From: Malacoraja senta
Taxonomy: Eukaryota
Reading direction: 5' to 3'
NCBI GenBank assembly: GCA_038087875.1
Contig: CM075989.1
Span: 21,640,001-21,704,000 of the forward strand
DNA length: 64,000 nt
Part shown: piece by piece, positions 49,166 to 63,667 of the stretch
How positions within the stretch are numbered: position 1 is the stretch's first letter
Layout: every line of letters starts with the position of its first letter
The notes under the pieces: generated by a model
What the model was told of the DNA's origin: nothing
Databases searched by the model: none
Seen by the model: the letters and a program-made list of their open reading frames with translations, nothing else
Program-made: the position numbers and the translations under genes

Positions 49166-49439
49166 TTCTATAGATTATGTTTAGGTTTAGATTATTACTT
49201 AGGTGCAGTGAAAAGCTTTGCCTTGCATGCTATCAGATCAGATAAAACCAGACACATCAATACAATCATGTCAAACTCAACGATAATAGATACCATAAAT
49301 ACATTCTCAAAAAATGTGATTGAAAATAAGTTAGGTGACTTTATAATTATTGTTTGAAGCAGTGAGCATTAAGAATTATGTGGATATGCTACTTGAAGAG
49401 AAAGATCCTGGGAAGAGAACAGGCTTATGAAATTAGGAA

Positions 49440-50350
49440 CAAGGAACTGCAGATGGTAGTTTAGAGAAGAAGTCATAAAGTACTGGAGTAACTCAACGGG
49501 TCAGGCAGCATCCCCGCAGAACATGGATAGGTGACTTTTCAGGTCGGGACTGATTGTACTGAGGGGGAGGAAAACTGAAAGGAGGGGGGCGGCAGGAGAG
49601 AGCCTGACAGGTCATGGGCTGACCGGTGGATCCAACCATCTACCTATCACATAACCCTACTCACCTTTGGCAGCCTATTCACTGCTAGGCTTTTCCCTGC
49701 CCCTCCTCTCTATCACATTTCTACCCCCCCCCCCCCACACACACACACACACACATTCAGTGTGAAGAAGGGTCCCGACCCGAAACATCACATAATAGAC
49801 AATAGGTGCAGGAGTAGACCATTCGACCCTTCGAGCCAGCACCGCCATTCAATGTGATCATGGCTGATCATTCCCAATCAGTACCCCGTTCCTGCCTTCT
49901 CCCCATATCCCCTGACTCCGCTATTTTTAAGAGCCCTATCCAGCTCTCTCTTGAAAGCATCCAGAGAACCTGCCTCCACCGCCCTCAGAGGCAGAGAATG
50001 CTGGAGAAACTCAACGGGTGAGGCAGCATCTATGGAGAGAAGGAAGAGGAGACGTTTCAGATTGAGACCCTTCTTCATAGATGCTTCTCTCCATAGATGC
50101 TGCCTCATCCGCTGAGTTTCTCCGGCATTTTTGTCTACCATAGATTTTTCCAGCATCTGCGGTTCTTTCTTAAATACCTAATCATTCATGTGCAGGAAGG
50201 AACTGCAGATGCTGGTTTATACCGACGATAAACAAAAAATGATGGAGAAACCGAGCGGGTGAGGCAGCATCTATGGAGCGAAGGAATAGCCGACGTTTCG
50301 AGTCGAGACCGTTCTTCAGACTGATGTGGGGGGGCGGCAAAAAGAAAGGA
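49440..50350. mobile_element. Penelope-like terminal repeats with a minus-strand CR1 tail (49793-49990)
   Basis: Multiple arms in both orientations; hammerhead-like core at 50292-50319 (minus). Confidence 0.65.
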
Positions 50351-50374
50351 AGATAGATAGATAGATAGATAGAC

Positions 50375-51198
50375 ATTTATTGTCACATACACCAATTGGT
50401 GTAGTGAAATTTGACTTGCCATGCAGCACACAAATAAAGATAACATCAAAGAATTTAACAGTAAACATAAAAACATCCCCCCACAATGGTTCCCACTGTG
50501 GGGGAAGGCAGCAAAGTCCAGTCCCATCCCCAGTTCACCCATAGTCGGGGCCTATTGAGGCCTCTGCAGTCGCCGATACGGCAGCCCGATGCCTCAGGCC
50601 CTCTCGCCGGATGATGAAGCTCCGGCGTCGGGTGAACACTCTCAGCGGCCCGGAGTGTCTGGAGCGGCCGCCTCCTCCCAGTAGACCGCGGCTCCCGAAG
50701 TCCACGAGCCGCGCTGGTCGATGCTCCGACTCTGGCGACCTCGTCGTGAGATCCCATGCTCCGCGGTGTTTAGAGCTCAGCGCCGCCCGCGGCTGGAAGC
50801 TCCGCAGACCGCAGACCGCAGCTCCGCGATGTTGGTGCCGGCTGTCACAGCACTCCGGAGCTTACTGCACGGCGACCCGGGTTAGGCATCGCCCGCTCCG
50901 CGGTGGTACTTCAGCGCTGTGCCGCCGCCTAAGCTGAAGTCCTGGCCGGTCCCGGCAGGAAAACGCCGCTCCAGTCTGCCCGTAGGCCGCGAGGAAGGGG
51001 CAAAGATCCGGCTCGGAGAAAAGCCGCAACTCCGACCAGGTAGGTACTGAGAAAATAGTTTCCCCCTAACCCCACCCCCCACCCCCCACATAAAAAGACT
51101 AAAGACCTCCAAAACAACACTTTCAACTAACTAAAATTTTTTTTAAAGCGTGAAAGAAAACTAACAGCTGCTGGCAGGGCAGCCATACTCGACGGCGC
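50375..51198 (-). mobile_element. GC-rich non-autonomous retroposon-like repeat (homolog of 11960-12730) inserted in a Penelope 3' end
   Basis: Ends on minus in GTATGTGACAATAAA plus (TCTA)n; Penelope ORF C-terminus remnant FRLDCLHPSD at 51260-51325. Confidence 0.65.
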
Positions 51199-51329
51199 CC
51201 CAGGTGGAAAAGCGGAGACAGTAGGACTAGAAGGAGAGCGGAGAGGACTGAGAAGACAAGGGCTATCTAAAATTAGAGAAGTCATGTTGATATCGCTGGG
51301 GTGTAGACAATCCAAGCGAAATACCCAAG

Positions 51330-52518
51330 CTTGTCTCCTCACTACATTTACTGCTGGCTCCAGTCGCAAATCTGTGTTTTCGAGTGACCTGTGCAAGGCA
51401 TTCATTGATGCTGGAATTCCACTGTGGAAATTGGAAAACAAATTTCTCAGAGTTTTTTTAGAGAAATATACAGAGGAACATATGCCAAGCGAGTCATCAT
51501 TACAGAACAATTATGCTGACAGCAACTTCAACATTGTAGTGCAGAAAATTAGAGATGAAGTTGCATGCAACACAATATGCATCTCAATAGACAAAACAAC
51601 CGATGCTGTGGGGAGATTTGTTGCCAATGTGGTCATCGGTACACTGGAGGCAGGTCAACCATCAAATGAGTATTTGTTGACATCGGAAGCATTGGGGAAG
51701 TCAAACAGCTCAACTATTGCTCAGATGTTTACATCTTCACTTGCTGTACTTTGGCCAGAAGGTATAAAACACAAGAATGTTCTTGTGTTTGTGACTTAAA
51801 GTTTTATTCCCCAAAATGTTGCATTTGACATGCTTAGCTCAAGGACTTCATGGAATTGCCAAGCACAGACGTAGCTTGTTTCCAAATGTCGATCGCCTAG
51901 TTTCCAATGTCGAAAAAGTCTTCCTCAAAGTACCGTCACGTGTGCAGTTGTTCAAGGAAATGGCACCTGAGATTCTGCTACTTCCTCAGCCCATTTTGAC
52001 TAGGTGGGGTACATGGCTCTCTGCTGTACTCTACAATGCTTCAAATTTTGAAAAGATAAAAGAAATCGTCAACTGTTTTGAAGAAGAATTTGCTGCAGTC
52101 AGGATCGTCAGTGAAATCATGCAGAAAAAGTCCCTCCACCGCAATATTGTGTTTATTGCTTCCAATTTTTCAAACTTCCCACAAGCTATCACTTTCCTTG
52201 AGAAATGTGGCGAAACAATAGTGAATATCTTGCAGGTTTTCAACAAAGTAATTGACAATATTCGTAAAGTTCTTGGCAATGTAGGTAAAGACATACAAGG
52301 AAAATGTGAGAGTGTGATTTTAGCTAACAAAGATCTTGATGAAATACAAAACATAGCTAAAGTTCTCAAAGGTAGTTGTAATGTACAAGTTATCGACATG
52401 AATATAGAGTCTGTAGCTTGTTTCAGGTATGCACCAGTGACCTCAGCTGGAGTAGAAAGAGGTTTTTCACGACTGAAGCATATTCTGTTTGACAGACAGC
52501 ATATTTTAAATCAGATAA
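51330..52518 (+). pseudogene. Degenerate hAT transposase
   Basis: Two ORF pieces (51284-51799, 51816-52577) with a break and deletion at about 51797. Confidence 0.8.
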
Positions 52519-55093
52519 ATTTTGTTTTTTTGGTGTTTTTTTTGTTTTGTTTTTTTGTTTATTTTATTAGAAGTTAATACAATACAAAACAATACAGTGG
52601 TACCTAATTTTAGGTGCCAACTATGTCATAACGTAATACATTCTATGTACAACCTCCAGTTTTATGTTTTTGAAAAGGTAAAAAAAATAACAAATAAAAA
52701 TAGAGAGAAGAAAGAGAGGAAAAATAAATAGTAGAAAATAGAAAAACGTGAAGTGTGTATATAAGAAAAGAAAAAATATAAAGTAGAAATAGTAGTAAAA
52801 GACCCTTAAAAAAGAAAATTTCAAATCTTTGTTCAGAGATGTAATCTATCCACGACCTGACCTGAAATCAGTAATCTTTACGGTACTGCTGCATCATATG
52901 ATTCCAAAAAGTCGATGAAAGGGGACCAACTCCTTAAGAATTGGTCATATTTATCTATTAGGCGGAGTCTCATTTCTTCAAGGTGTGCTATGTCCGTCAT
53001 ATTCCTAATCCACATTTTAATAGTTGGTATAGCTGTATTTTTCCAAAATTTAAGTATCAATTTCTTTCCAATTATTAACCCATAATTAAAGAATACTTTT
53101 TGGTCTTTGTTTAAATTGATATCTTCTACTATTATTCCAAATATAATCCATTCCGTATTAGGTTCTATTCTTGACTTGAAGAGCTTTGTAAATATATCAA
53201 ATATATATCGCTCCAAAATGTATTCAACTTTGTACATCCTACAAATGAATGTGTTATATTGGCATTTTGAAACAAACATTTATCGCATCTGGGAGAGACA
53301 TTTGGGTAGAATTTATTCAACCTTGTTTTTGAATAATATAGTCTATGTAATAATTTAAATTGAATTAAATTATGTCTTGCATTAATGGAACAATTATGTG
53401 TGTTCATCAGAAACTTTTCCCATCTATCTTTCGGGATCTTTATCATTAGTTCATGTTCCCAATCTTCTCTTAGTGCCTCTGTTGAGGGTAATTCTCTATT
53501 TAATATACTATTATAAAAATATGATATTAGTTTTTGTGAATCAGCCTTAATATTCATTGCTTCTTCTAAAGGGTCTAAAAATATAGTTTGAAATCTATGT
53601 ATATATTTCTTCATAAAGTCACATATCTGTATATATTTAAAATATTGATTATCATTCAGTTTAAATTTTAATTTTAATTGTTGAAATGATAACAATTTGC
53701 CCAGTTCATACATATCTCCTACTTTCCTAATCCCCAATCTATCCCATTGTTTATATGTTTTGTCGATAAAAGATGGTTTGAATGCAGGATTATTCAGAAT
53801 TGGGGTTAATACTGATAGATTATTTAATTTCAAGGATAATTTTATCTGATTCCAAATTCTTATTGTATTGTGAATAATTGGGTTCTTCTTATATATTATA
53901 CTATTTAATTTTATCGGTGAGAACAAGATCGTTCCTATATCGTACGGGAAACACTCCACTTTTTCCATTCTTATCCACTCCGACTGGTGAGTGGAACTAT
54001 CCAACCAGTACATTATGTTCTTAATATGCACTGCCCAGTAGTAATACGTAAAGTTAGGTAGTGATAAACCCCCAACTTCTTTAGGTTTACACAAATGCTT
54101 TCGTTGAATTCTGTGTGCTCTATAATCCCATATAAAATTAGTGATATTAGAATCTAGTTTAAAAAAAATATATTTCGGAATATATATTGGGATCGCTTGA
54201 AACAAATATATTAATTGTGGTAAGAAAGTCATTTTTATAGCGTTAATTCTACCTATCAATGAGAGTGGGAGCGTTTTCCAAAATTTAATCATAACATTCA
54301 GTTTATTTAATAGTGGCATAAAATTGGCGCTAAATAATGATTTGTGTCTTCTCGTAATTTGAATACCTAAATACTTGAATTTTTCTGTTGCAATTTTGAA
54401 AGGGAATTTTAATAAGTGTCTCGCATCCTGTGGTTTTAAAGACATAATTTTGCTTTTATTCCAATTTATTCTATATCCTGAAAAAGAACCAAATTCCTCA
54501 ATTAGTGTTAATAAGGTGGGGATACTCATTTGTGTATTAGTAATATATAAAAGAATATCATCAGCATATAATGAAATTTTATCCTTTGAGTCCTTGGTAT
54601 TATATCCGTGAATATTCGGATGATTTCTAATCCTTTCAGCCAGCGGTTCTATCATAAGGGCAAATAGCAATGGTGATAAGGCACAACCCTGCCTATTACC
54701 CATTGATAAATAAAATTTTGGAGATAACATATTGTTAGTTAATATTCTTGCCGTAGGTTTATCATAAAGTAGTTTAACCCATCTAATAAAATTCTCTCCC
54801 GTATTAAATTTTTGGAGTACCTTATATAAATACTGCCATTCTACCTGATCAAATGCCTTCTCTGCATCCAGCGTAACGACTGAAATATCTTCAATGTCCT
54901 CTTTGTGAGAGTACATTATATTGAAAAGCCTTCTCAAGTTATTAAATGATTGTCTTTTGGGTATAAATCCTGTTTGATCCGGGTTTACCAATTTATTAAT
55001 ATAATTATTCAGTCTTCTTGCTAGAATCTTTGCTAAGATTTTCTGATCCGTATTTAGAAGTGATATAGCTCTGTAAGAACCCGGTTCATCTAA

Positions 55094-55583
55094 ATTGATT
55101 TTAAAATCCTGCTGCTCACCTATAAATCACTACATGGTTTAGGGCCAAAGTATATCACTGACATGCTTCCACTATATAAGCCTTCTAGACCGCTAAGATC
55201 TTCTGAAACCAATCTGCTAGTGATTCCCAGAGTAAATACAAAACATGGGAAAGCAGGATTTAGTTACTATGCAACAAATAGCTGGAATAAACTTCCTGAA
55301 GATTTAAGACTTGCCTCAACTTTGACCACTTTTAAAACAAGACTGAAAACTTTTATGTTTACTTTAGCTTTCAGCTAAATCTTAACTACATTGCACTTTT
55401 AACTTTTGCACTTTTTATAATGCATTTTTAATTTTGTTTTTCTTTTCTTTTAGTTCTTCTATTTTATTTCATTTTATTATTTCATTTATTGTATGACATG
55501 TTTTTATGTGAAGCACTTTGAGTCTGCCTCGTGTATGAAATGTGCTATATAAATAAAGTTGCCTTGCCTTGCCTTGCCTTGCC
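55094..55583 (+). mobile_element. L2-clade LINE 3' fragment nested in the L1
   Basis: IDFKILLLTYKSLHGLGP..RPLRSS..WNKLP..FKTRLKT; tail GTGAAGCACTTTG..GTGCTATATAAATAAA(GCCTT)n; CTAAAT duplicated at the junctions. Confidence 0.85.
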
Positions 55584-56158
55584 TAAATCTTTATCTTTTT
55601 TTGGTATAAGCGTTATTGTTGATTCTGCTAAAGTTTCTGGTAGTTTATTTTCGGTATAAGCCTGCGTGTATAAGTTGAGTAATCTTGGTACAAGTGACTC
55701 CTGAAATCGTTTATAAAATTCATTACTAAAACCATCTGGTCCTGGGGTCTTCCCATTTTTCAATGAGTTTATTATTTGTTTTAATTCTTCACTAGTAATC
55801 CGTGCTCCTAATTCCTCTTGTTCTAAACTATCCAATTTAGGGAGGTTGCAAATATCTAAAAAAATTGTAATTTTACTATCATCTGTATTTATTTTAGTTG
55901 TGTATAAATTATGATAAAATTGGGCAAACCTTTTATTAATATCCTTTGGTAATGTTAGAAGCTCACCCTTATCAGATTTAATTTTAGTGATAGTATTTTC
56001 CTTTTCTTGTTGCTTCAGTTGCCTCGCTAATAATTTATGTGGCTTATCCCCAAATTCGAAGTGTGCCTGTTTTGTAATTTGGAATAGTCTTATTACTCTA
56101 CCCGATAATATTCTATTGAGTTTATATTTCAATAAGGTTATCTTATTATGTTTATCTA

Positions 56159-56816
56159 ATAGATTGCTTGGGTGGGTATACAGATATTGGCCTACTGGTG
56201 GTAATAATATCAAATTATACCATTCAGTGTTTCCCAGGCTACACCACGAGGAGATTTCTGTATTAGCAGCTGGTATTGCCCCCCCCCCCCCACCATATCA
56301 GATGATCCATCGTCGCCCAAGACGAGCGGAGAGCACAGGAGATCGATACCAGGCACCCCCTGCACGGACACACAGCACCTCCACCCCGACTGAAATCCAG
56401 AGCCAGTTTCTTGCAGACAGTCCCACCTCTCCAGACAACCAAAGAAACAGCAAGGACCAACATCTGGAAAGATGAATGGAACCAGCTCAACACACGAGCC
56501 CACGACTGGATGGAGAGAGGAATCACTCCGACTGAATGCCTCGCCAGCGGGCACGACCTCCCATGGCCAACCTGGAAGACCCTCAACAGATTACGAGTGG
56601 AGCAGGGGAGGTGTAAAGCACTTCTGAAAGCATGGAACTACCAGGCAGAAGACACATGCAGCTGTGGAGCAGTACAGACAATGTCCCACCTACTGGAGTG
56701 TGACGACGCCCCCCAGTGCAGCCCCCAGGACCTGGCTGAACCGACTCGACCAGCTGTGACCTGCGCCAGATACTGGCAGAACGACATCTGAGATTGCAAC
56801 GGACTCGAAGAAGAAG
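56159..56816 (+). mobile_element. Ingi/Vingi-like LINE 3' fragment nested in the L1
   Basis: AGIAPP..; WKTLNRLR..GRC..CSCG..QTMSHLLEC; (GAA)n tail; 14-bp TSD ATTATGTTTATCTA at 56145-56158 and 56817-56830. Clade assignment is from motif memory. Confidence 0.75.
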
Positions 56817-57469
56817 ATTATGTTTATCTATGGTTGGGTCACTTGCATTGTCCAGTTCTAGTGATTTTATTTCCTGTTCTATCCTCTGAAGTTCTCTTTT
56901 ATTTTCTTTATTTTGATAACTTTGATAAGAGATTATAACACCGCGAATGTATGCCTTAAAGGTTTCCCATAATAGCGATACAGAAATACCCGGCGTCTCA
57001 TTTGTCTCTTGTTTGTTCTTTTATATACTCATAACCCTGCGGGTTATTTAATATTTGTGCGTTGAATCTCCAAAAAGATTTTATACCCGGCATTCCCTCG
57101 ATTTTAAGTATAAATCAGATAATTTGAAAAAAATGCTAGTAATTATGCGAAACCAGGCAACTTTGGTCATTTAATGTAGTATACCTTTATATTATTATTT
57201 TGAACCATATTTGGGTGGTGGAATAAATGCCTTTTTATGCCCTTTTTTGTCAATAAATGCCTTTTTCTTGCCTTTATTGTAATTTTGTTATGCCTTTCTG
57301 CCTGCCTATTTCAGTGTTTTTTAGTGCCTAAACATCCTTGCTCTATACATGATCATCGACTGCAGTTTGGCAATATTATTTTGTGGAGAAGGCCATGACC
57401 TGGATTATATTGCCCTGTTTCCCCGAGCAGCTGAAACTAATTGAGTAAAGAAAAGATCTTTCTTTTGAG

Positions 57470-57780
57470 TTAAGTTTAGTTTAGAGATACAGCGCGGAAA
57501 CAGGCTCTTCCGCCCACTGCGTCCGCGCCGACCAGCGATCCCCGCACATTAACACTGCCCTACACACACGAGGGACAATTTTACATCAACAAATTTATAC
57601 CGAGCTAATTAACCGACAAACCTGTACGTTTTTGGAGTGTGGGAGGTAACCGAAGATCTCGGAGAAAACCCATGCAGGTCTTGGCGCGAACGTACCAACT
57701 CCCTACAGACAGAACCCATAGTCAAGATTGCACCTGGGTCTCTGGCGCTGTAAGGCAGTAGGTCTACTGCTGCGCCACCG
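57470..57780 (-). mobile_element. HE1-like SINE
   Basis: Full-length reverse match. Confidence 0.8.
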
Positions 57781-58567
57781 TTTATAATGTTAATAAAGAA
57801 AATCACAATGTTAAAAATGGGCCTAGGTTGCTTTCCAGTTGGAAATAAAGGCTACGGTTGATCCATCAAATACGTTCCCCCATTCATAACTCTCCACTCA
57901 TAAGGATTGTAAAACCAAATGATGTGAGAGAGTTTTGATATAGAGTTACCAAATGCTCAGGCCTTTGAAGTTCATGACACAGTGTCCTACAGTTATTTCA
58001 GGCAGTCCTGTGGGTAATAGATTTAGGTTGAAATATTCTTTAGCTTGTGTATTAGAACCACTGGGGTATGAAGGTCACTCAGTACGTCCAACGATTCATA
58101 TGTGTTCGCCAGTAATAACTATTTCACCTTTGAAACCAACCCTGCATTAAGCAGTGTGAGGTCGTTCATGTCACAAGTAATAAATTAGCCTCTGTTTTTC
58201 TAACAAATCTTCTTGCCAGTATTGTCTCTTCACTCCCGTCCCCGAAGGCATTGCTGATGTCTGGTTACCCTTCAATAGTTCATCCAAGTGGCCTGGCCAT
58301 ATGCGTGAGCCAAAATTGTGTCTGCCCACAGGCCAATGGCCCATGCTGGGCACAAACCTGTCAACTAGCATCCACACACATAAACCTAACTTGACAATGA
58401 TCAGAATTGGGGCAGGCAGATCTGTGTGCATCCATTCCCTCATTCAAAGCCTTCGTGCCCAGATGTCTGTGATTATTACTTAGCGCCATTCGGTCATCAG
58501 ACCTCAAACTCAATCTGTGCGGGAAGGACAGCGAGAGAGGGCGTTGCAGAACCCTCGTCAGAGAGAG

Positions 58568-58870
58568 GTGGCATGGTGGTGCAGCGGTAGAGCTGCTGCT
58601 TTACAGCGCCAGAGATCCAGGATCGATCCTGACTACGGATGTTTGTCTGTACGGAGTTTTACCTTCTCCCCGTGACCTGCGTGGGTTTTCTCCGAGATCT
58701 TTGCATTTCCTCCCACACTCCAAAGACGTACAGGTTTGTAGGTTAATTGGCTTAAAAGGAAGAGGTGGAGACAGTAAGCTGTAAGAGCTGGGAAGGGGAG
58801 GGGAAGGTGGGAGAAAGCAAGGACTACCTGAAATTGGAACAGTCAATGTTCATACTGCTGGGATGATAAA
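58568..58870. mobile_element. HE1-like SINE 5' part (+) followed by a Penelope ORF C-terminus (-)
   Basis: SINE head and core; LYHPSSMNIDCSNFR stop on the minus strand. Confidence 0.7.
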
Positions 58871-59145
58871 GGTGATCAAACTGTGAATAAGTATCAGTGA
58901 GACAAATGTCAACTGCTGCTGGAAGACCATCAACTTGATGAAAGATGCACTTAGGACTGCCCGATAGCTCCCAGTGAAAGGGAATATCCGTAAGTGAATG
59001 GTACCAGCATTCCAGGTGGCAGGAGTAGATTGGTAAGGGAATCACGGATTTTACCTGGACTTGAGAGCTAGAATTATAGGGAGAGGTTGGATAGACTGGG
59101 GCCATTTTGCTTTGGAGCGCAGGAGTCTAAGGATGGATTATTGAA

Positions 59146-59745
59146 GGCAGCATGGTGGCGCTGCGGTAGACAACACCAGAGTTCCGGGTTTGATCCCGTC
59201 TATGGCTGCTGCCTCTGCAGAGTTTGCACGTTCTCTCCGTGACTGCATGGGTTTCCTCCGGATGCTCCGGTTTCCTCCCGCACTCCAAAGACATACAGGT
59301 TTGTAGGTTAATTGGCTTGGTATAATTGCAAAATTGTCCCCAGTGTGTGTCGGATAGAGTTAGCGTGCGGGGATCGCTGGTTGGCGCGGACTCGGTGGGC
59401 CGAAGGGTGTATGTCTGTGCTGCATCTCTAAACCAAATAAACTGAACTAAAAGGTGTACAAAATAATGAGGGGGCATGGATAACGTTAGAGGTACAGAGG
59501 TGTGAAAACGCACACCTCCAGTTTCAGGAACAGTTATTATTCCCAGCTGTCATTAGGCGACTGAACCGTCCCAACAACAAATAGAGAGTGGTGAGCCAAG
59601 ATTGACCTCATTAGAGACCTTCGGACTGTCTTTAATTGAACTTTACCTTGCACTATCCGTTATTCCCTTTATCCTGTATCTGAACACTGTGGACGGCTAG
59701 ATCATGTAATGTATTTCCGCTGCCTGGATAGCACGCAATAAAAAA
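59146..59745 (+). mobile_element. HE1-like SINE (59146-59450) inside a CR1 fragment, then a Rex1-like 3' end (59490-59745)
   Basis: Matches to other copies. Confidence 0.7.
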
Positions 59746-60167
59746 TGCAGAGCGAGTTGTTTCCCAATGGTTTTTACTGCATACGTTATAAATAACATAT
59801 TATGGAGAAAAGAAACATGGACATAATATTAACAATAAAGGTGGTATTGTTGAAGATTTCAAAGATAAAAATGTTATTTTACTCTATATTTCGTTAAAAA
59901 TCATTTTACTTCCCGTCCCATTATAATACAGATCAAGTAATCCCACTCTGACCTGAGAGCCTGACAGATTCAGATACTATAAAGTAAACATGGTCGCCAA
60001 GGGGTTAACAATCATACAATAAAATTGCCCAGCCCCTTAAATAAACGTCTGTTAAAACAGATTTCATTACCAGTTGGAATTCTCAATACAATAGAAAAAG
60101 ATGGCGGTAATAAAAAGTCTACCTTCATTTAACTCGGACGTTGCAGTTCTTTTCCCAAGAACTCTTG

Positions 60168-60467
60168 GGTGGCACGGTGGCGCAGCAATAGAGTTGCTGC
60201 CTTACAGCGCTTACAGCGCCAGAGACCCGGGTTCGATCCCGACTATGGGTGCTGTCTGTACGGAGTTTGTACGTTCTCCTCATGACCACGTGGGTTTTCT
60301 CAGAGATCTTCAGTTTCCTCCCGCACTCCAAAGACGTACAGGTTTGTAGGTTAAAGTACTTGGTATAAATGTAGGTTGTGTAGGGTAGTGTTAGTGTGCG
60401 GGGATCGCTGGTCGGTGCGGACTCGGAGGGCCTGTTTCCGTGCTGTATCTCTAAACTAAACTAAAGT
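60168..60467 (+). mobile_element. HE1-like SINE (ACAGCGCTT-duplicated subfamily)
   Basis: Full-length; the same head duplication is seen at 6428-6445. Confidence 0.85.
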
Positions 60468-61029
60468 AAGCTCTCTTCATAATTCTGTACCTTTTTCTAT
60501 GAGTAAGTAAAATATTGCACATTTTTTCCTCTTATGTAAGCTGAGTCACTCCTTTATCAAATGAACTATACATTATACAAGTTACTGATTGACTTTAAAA
60601 AAAAACCTGAAAATGTCAGAACAACTTAAAATGTTACGTAATTTTAGAAAACAACATACAATGGGACATAGTTTCCTCCATTTTGAGTTTAATTACATTC
60701 CTTCACAAACTCTCCCTCTTGCAATTACAATTCTCTCTCTCTTTCTCTCTGTCCCTCTCCCCCTCCCCCTCTCCCTCTCCCCCTTTCTCTCTCTCTCTCT
60801 CTCTGTCCCTCTCCCCCTCTCCCCCTCTCCCCCCCCCTCGCTCTCCCTCCCTCTCCCTCTCCCTCTCTCCCTTCCTCCATTTTAATAGGAATTTAAGGGG
60901 TGACTTTTTCACATAAAGGGTGGTGGGTGTATGGAACGAGCTGCTGGAGGAAGTAGATGAGGCTGGTAACATTGCAACATTTAAGAAACAGTTAGACAGA
61001 TACATGGACAGGACAGATTTAGAGGGATA

Positions 61030-62061
61030 CTAGACTAAGTGGGACCCGTTGGGTCCCAGGTTCACATGGGAGGGTTGGTCCCCCAAAGCAATATTCCACC
61101 TCTCCACCAATCCCAATATTGGTGGTCAGTGGGGGGGGGGGGTTCTGGAGCACTAGCATGGGTGTTGTGGGTCAAGTCAAGTCAAGTCAAGCACAGTGAG
61201 TGCAGGGCCAGCCAACAATACAATCCATTTGCTTCCATTTCAGGTGAGGTCAAGCAAAGCAAAGGCAAAGCAAAAGCAAAAGCACAGGGCAGGCCAAACA
61301 ACTCATTTCATTTCATTTCCATTTCCATTTCCATTTCCATTTCAAGCACAGGGCAGGCCAAACAACTCATTTCATTTCATTTCCATTTCCATTTCCATTT
61401 CCATTTCAAGCACAGGGCAGGCCAAACAACTCATTTCATTTCATTAAGGGCTAACAAATCATTTATTGCAAGCACATTAAGGGTTAACAAATCATTTATT
61501 GCAAGCACGTTAAGGGTTAACAAATCATCATTCATTGCAAGCACATTGCTGGCTAACAAATCATTTATTGCAAGCACATTAAGGGTCAACAAATCATCAT
61601 TCATTGCAATCACATTGCTGGCTAACAAATCATTTATTGCAAGCACATAAAGGGTTAACCACATAAAGCACATGAAGAATAGTCTCACAATTCAGTAGAC
61701 TCACAGTTCAGTAGACTCACAGCAGAATCACAGTTGTGGCCTCTCCCTCACGATCTTTCAGAGTGACTGACTCACGTCCAGGCATCTGGGGTTTTATAGT
61801 CCTCCACCCCCCCATGGAAGGGGCGTTACCTTCATCATGGTGATTGACAGGCGAGAGGGCCAATCAGCTGATCTCAAGATTTGTAAACATTCATAACTTT
61901 TTTATTTTTCATCGATCGGAAAAATCCTTGGGGCTGCCTCAGCGGTGGAGGACTGTGAGTAAGATGGGCAAAAATCATAGTGATATATGGTAGCGTTTTT
62001 TCTAAAATCAATATATAGCACAGACAGGAAGTGGTCAAGCTGAGACTTTTAGTTATATAGA
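61030..62061 (-). mobile_element. Non-autonomous Helitron
   Basis: Minus strand A|TCTATATAAC...TGGGACCC-AAC-GGGTCCCA CTTAGT CTAG|T: 5' TC, subterminal hairpin, 3' CTAG, A|T target, no TSD. Confidence 0.88.
61280..61660. repeat. Tandem repeats inside the Helitron: 64-bp units containing (CATTTC)n, then 33-36-bp units
   Basis: AGCACAGGGCAGGCCAAACAAC at 61281, 61345 and 61409; repeated AACAAATCATTTATTGCAAGCAC. Confidence 0.9.
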
Positions 62062-62299
62062 TGCGCCAAACGCAGGCAGGTGGGACTAGTATAGCTGGGA
62101 CATGTTGGCCAATGTGGGCTAGTTGGGCTGAAGGGCCTGTTTTCATGCTGTTTCATTCTATGTGGGATCTCTCATCTTTGGAATGTAAACTTTAGAGGCA
62201 CCTTATCTTCCAAATGCCACAGAATAACCAGAAGTGCCATTTCTGTTCATCAAGGGAACCTAAATGTTCAGATGGGTGGACCTTATCTGAATGGTTTTA

Positions 62300-63667
<1,368 letters not shown>

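Larger units (their letters stand above)
52519..57110 (-). mobile_element. L1-clade LINE, 5'-truncated in ORF2
   Basis: KTPGPDGF, YRAISLLNTD, LDAEKAFD, QGCALSPLLF, YADD, C-terminal CDKC..H..C; A-rich tail; 12-bp TSD TAAATCAGATAA at 52507-52518 and 57111-57122. Confidence 0.92.
51330..57345 (+). mobile_element. hAT DNA transposon (DUF659/CGGBP1-like transposase), 5' end missing, interrupted by an L1
   Basis: ISIDKTTD..GR, HLTCLAQGLH, TRWGTW, APVTSAGVERGFS; C-terminus resumes SDNLKKMLVI at 57115; candidate terminal sequence ..CATCCTTGCTCTA. Confidence 0.8.
60880..62160 (+). mobile_element. CR1 type III 3' end split by a Helitron
   Basis: ..TTAGAGGGATA|TGCGCCAAACGCAGGCAGGTGGGACTAG rejoins the tail seen at 45900-46010. 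Confidence 0.8.

Noticed and set aside
51284..52577. Domesticated CGGBP1/ZBED-like host gene
   Set aside because: Frame break with deletion of a conserved segment, L1 insertion in the C-terminus and missing 5' end indicate a dead transposon
56790..56800. 11-nt identity GAGATTGCAAC between the Vingi-like 3'UTR and the ribozyme P2 region
   Set aside because: Too short and in non-equivalent positions; may be chance, so not used as evidence of partnership
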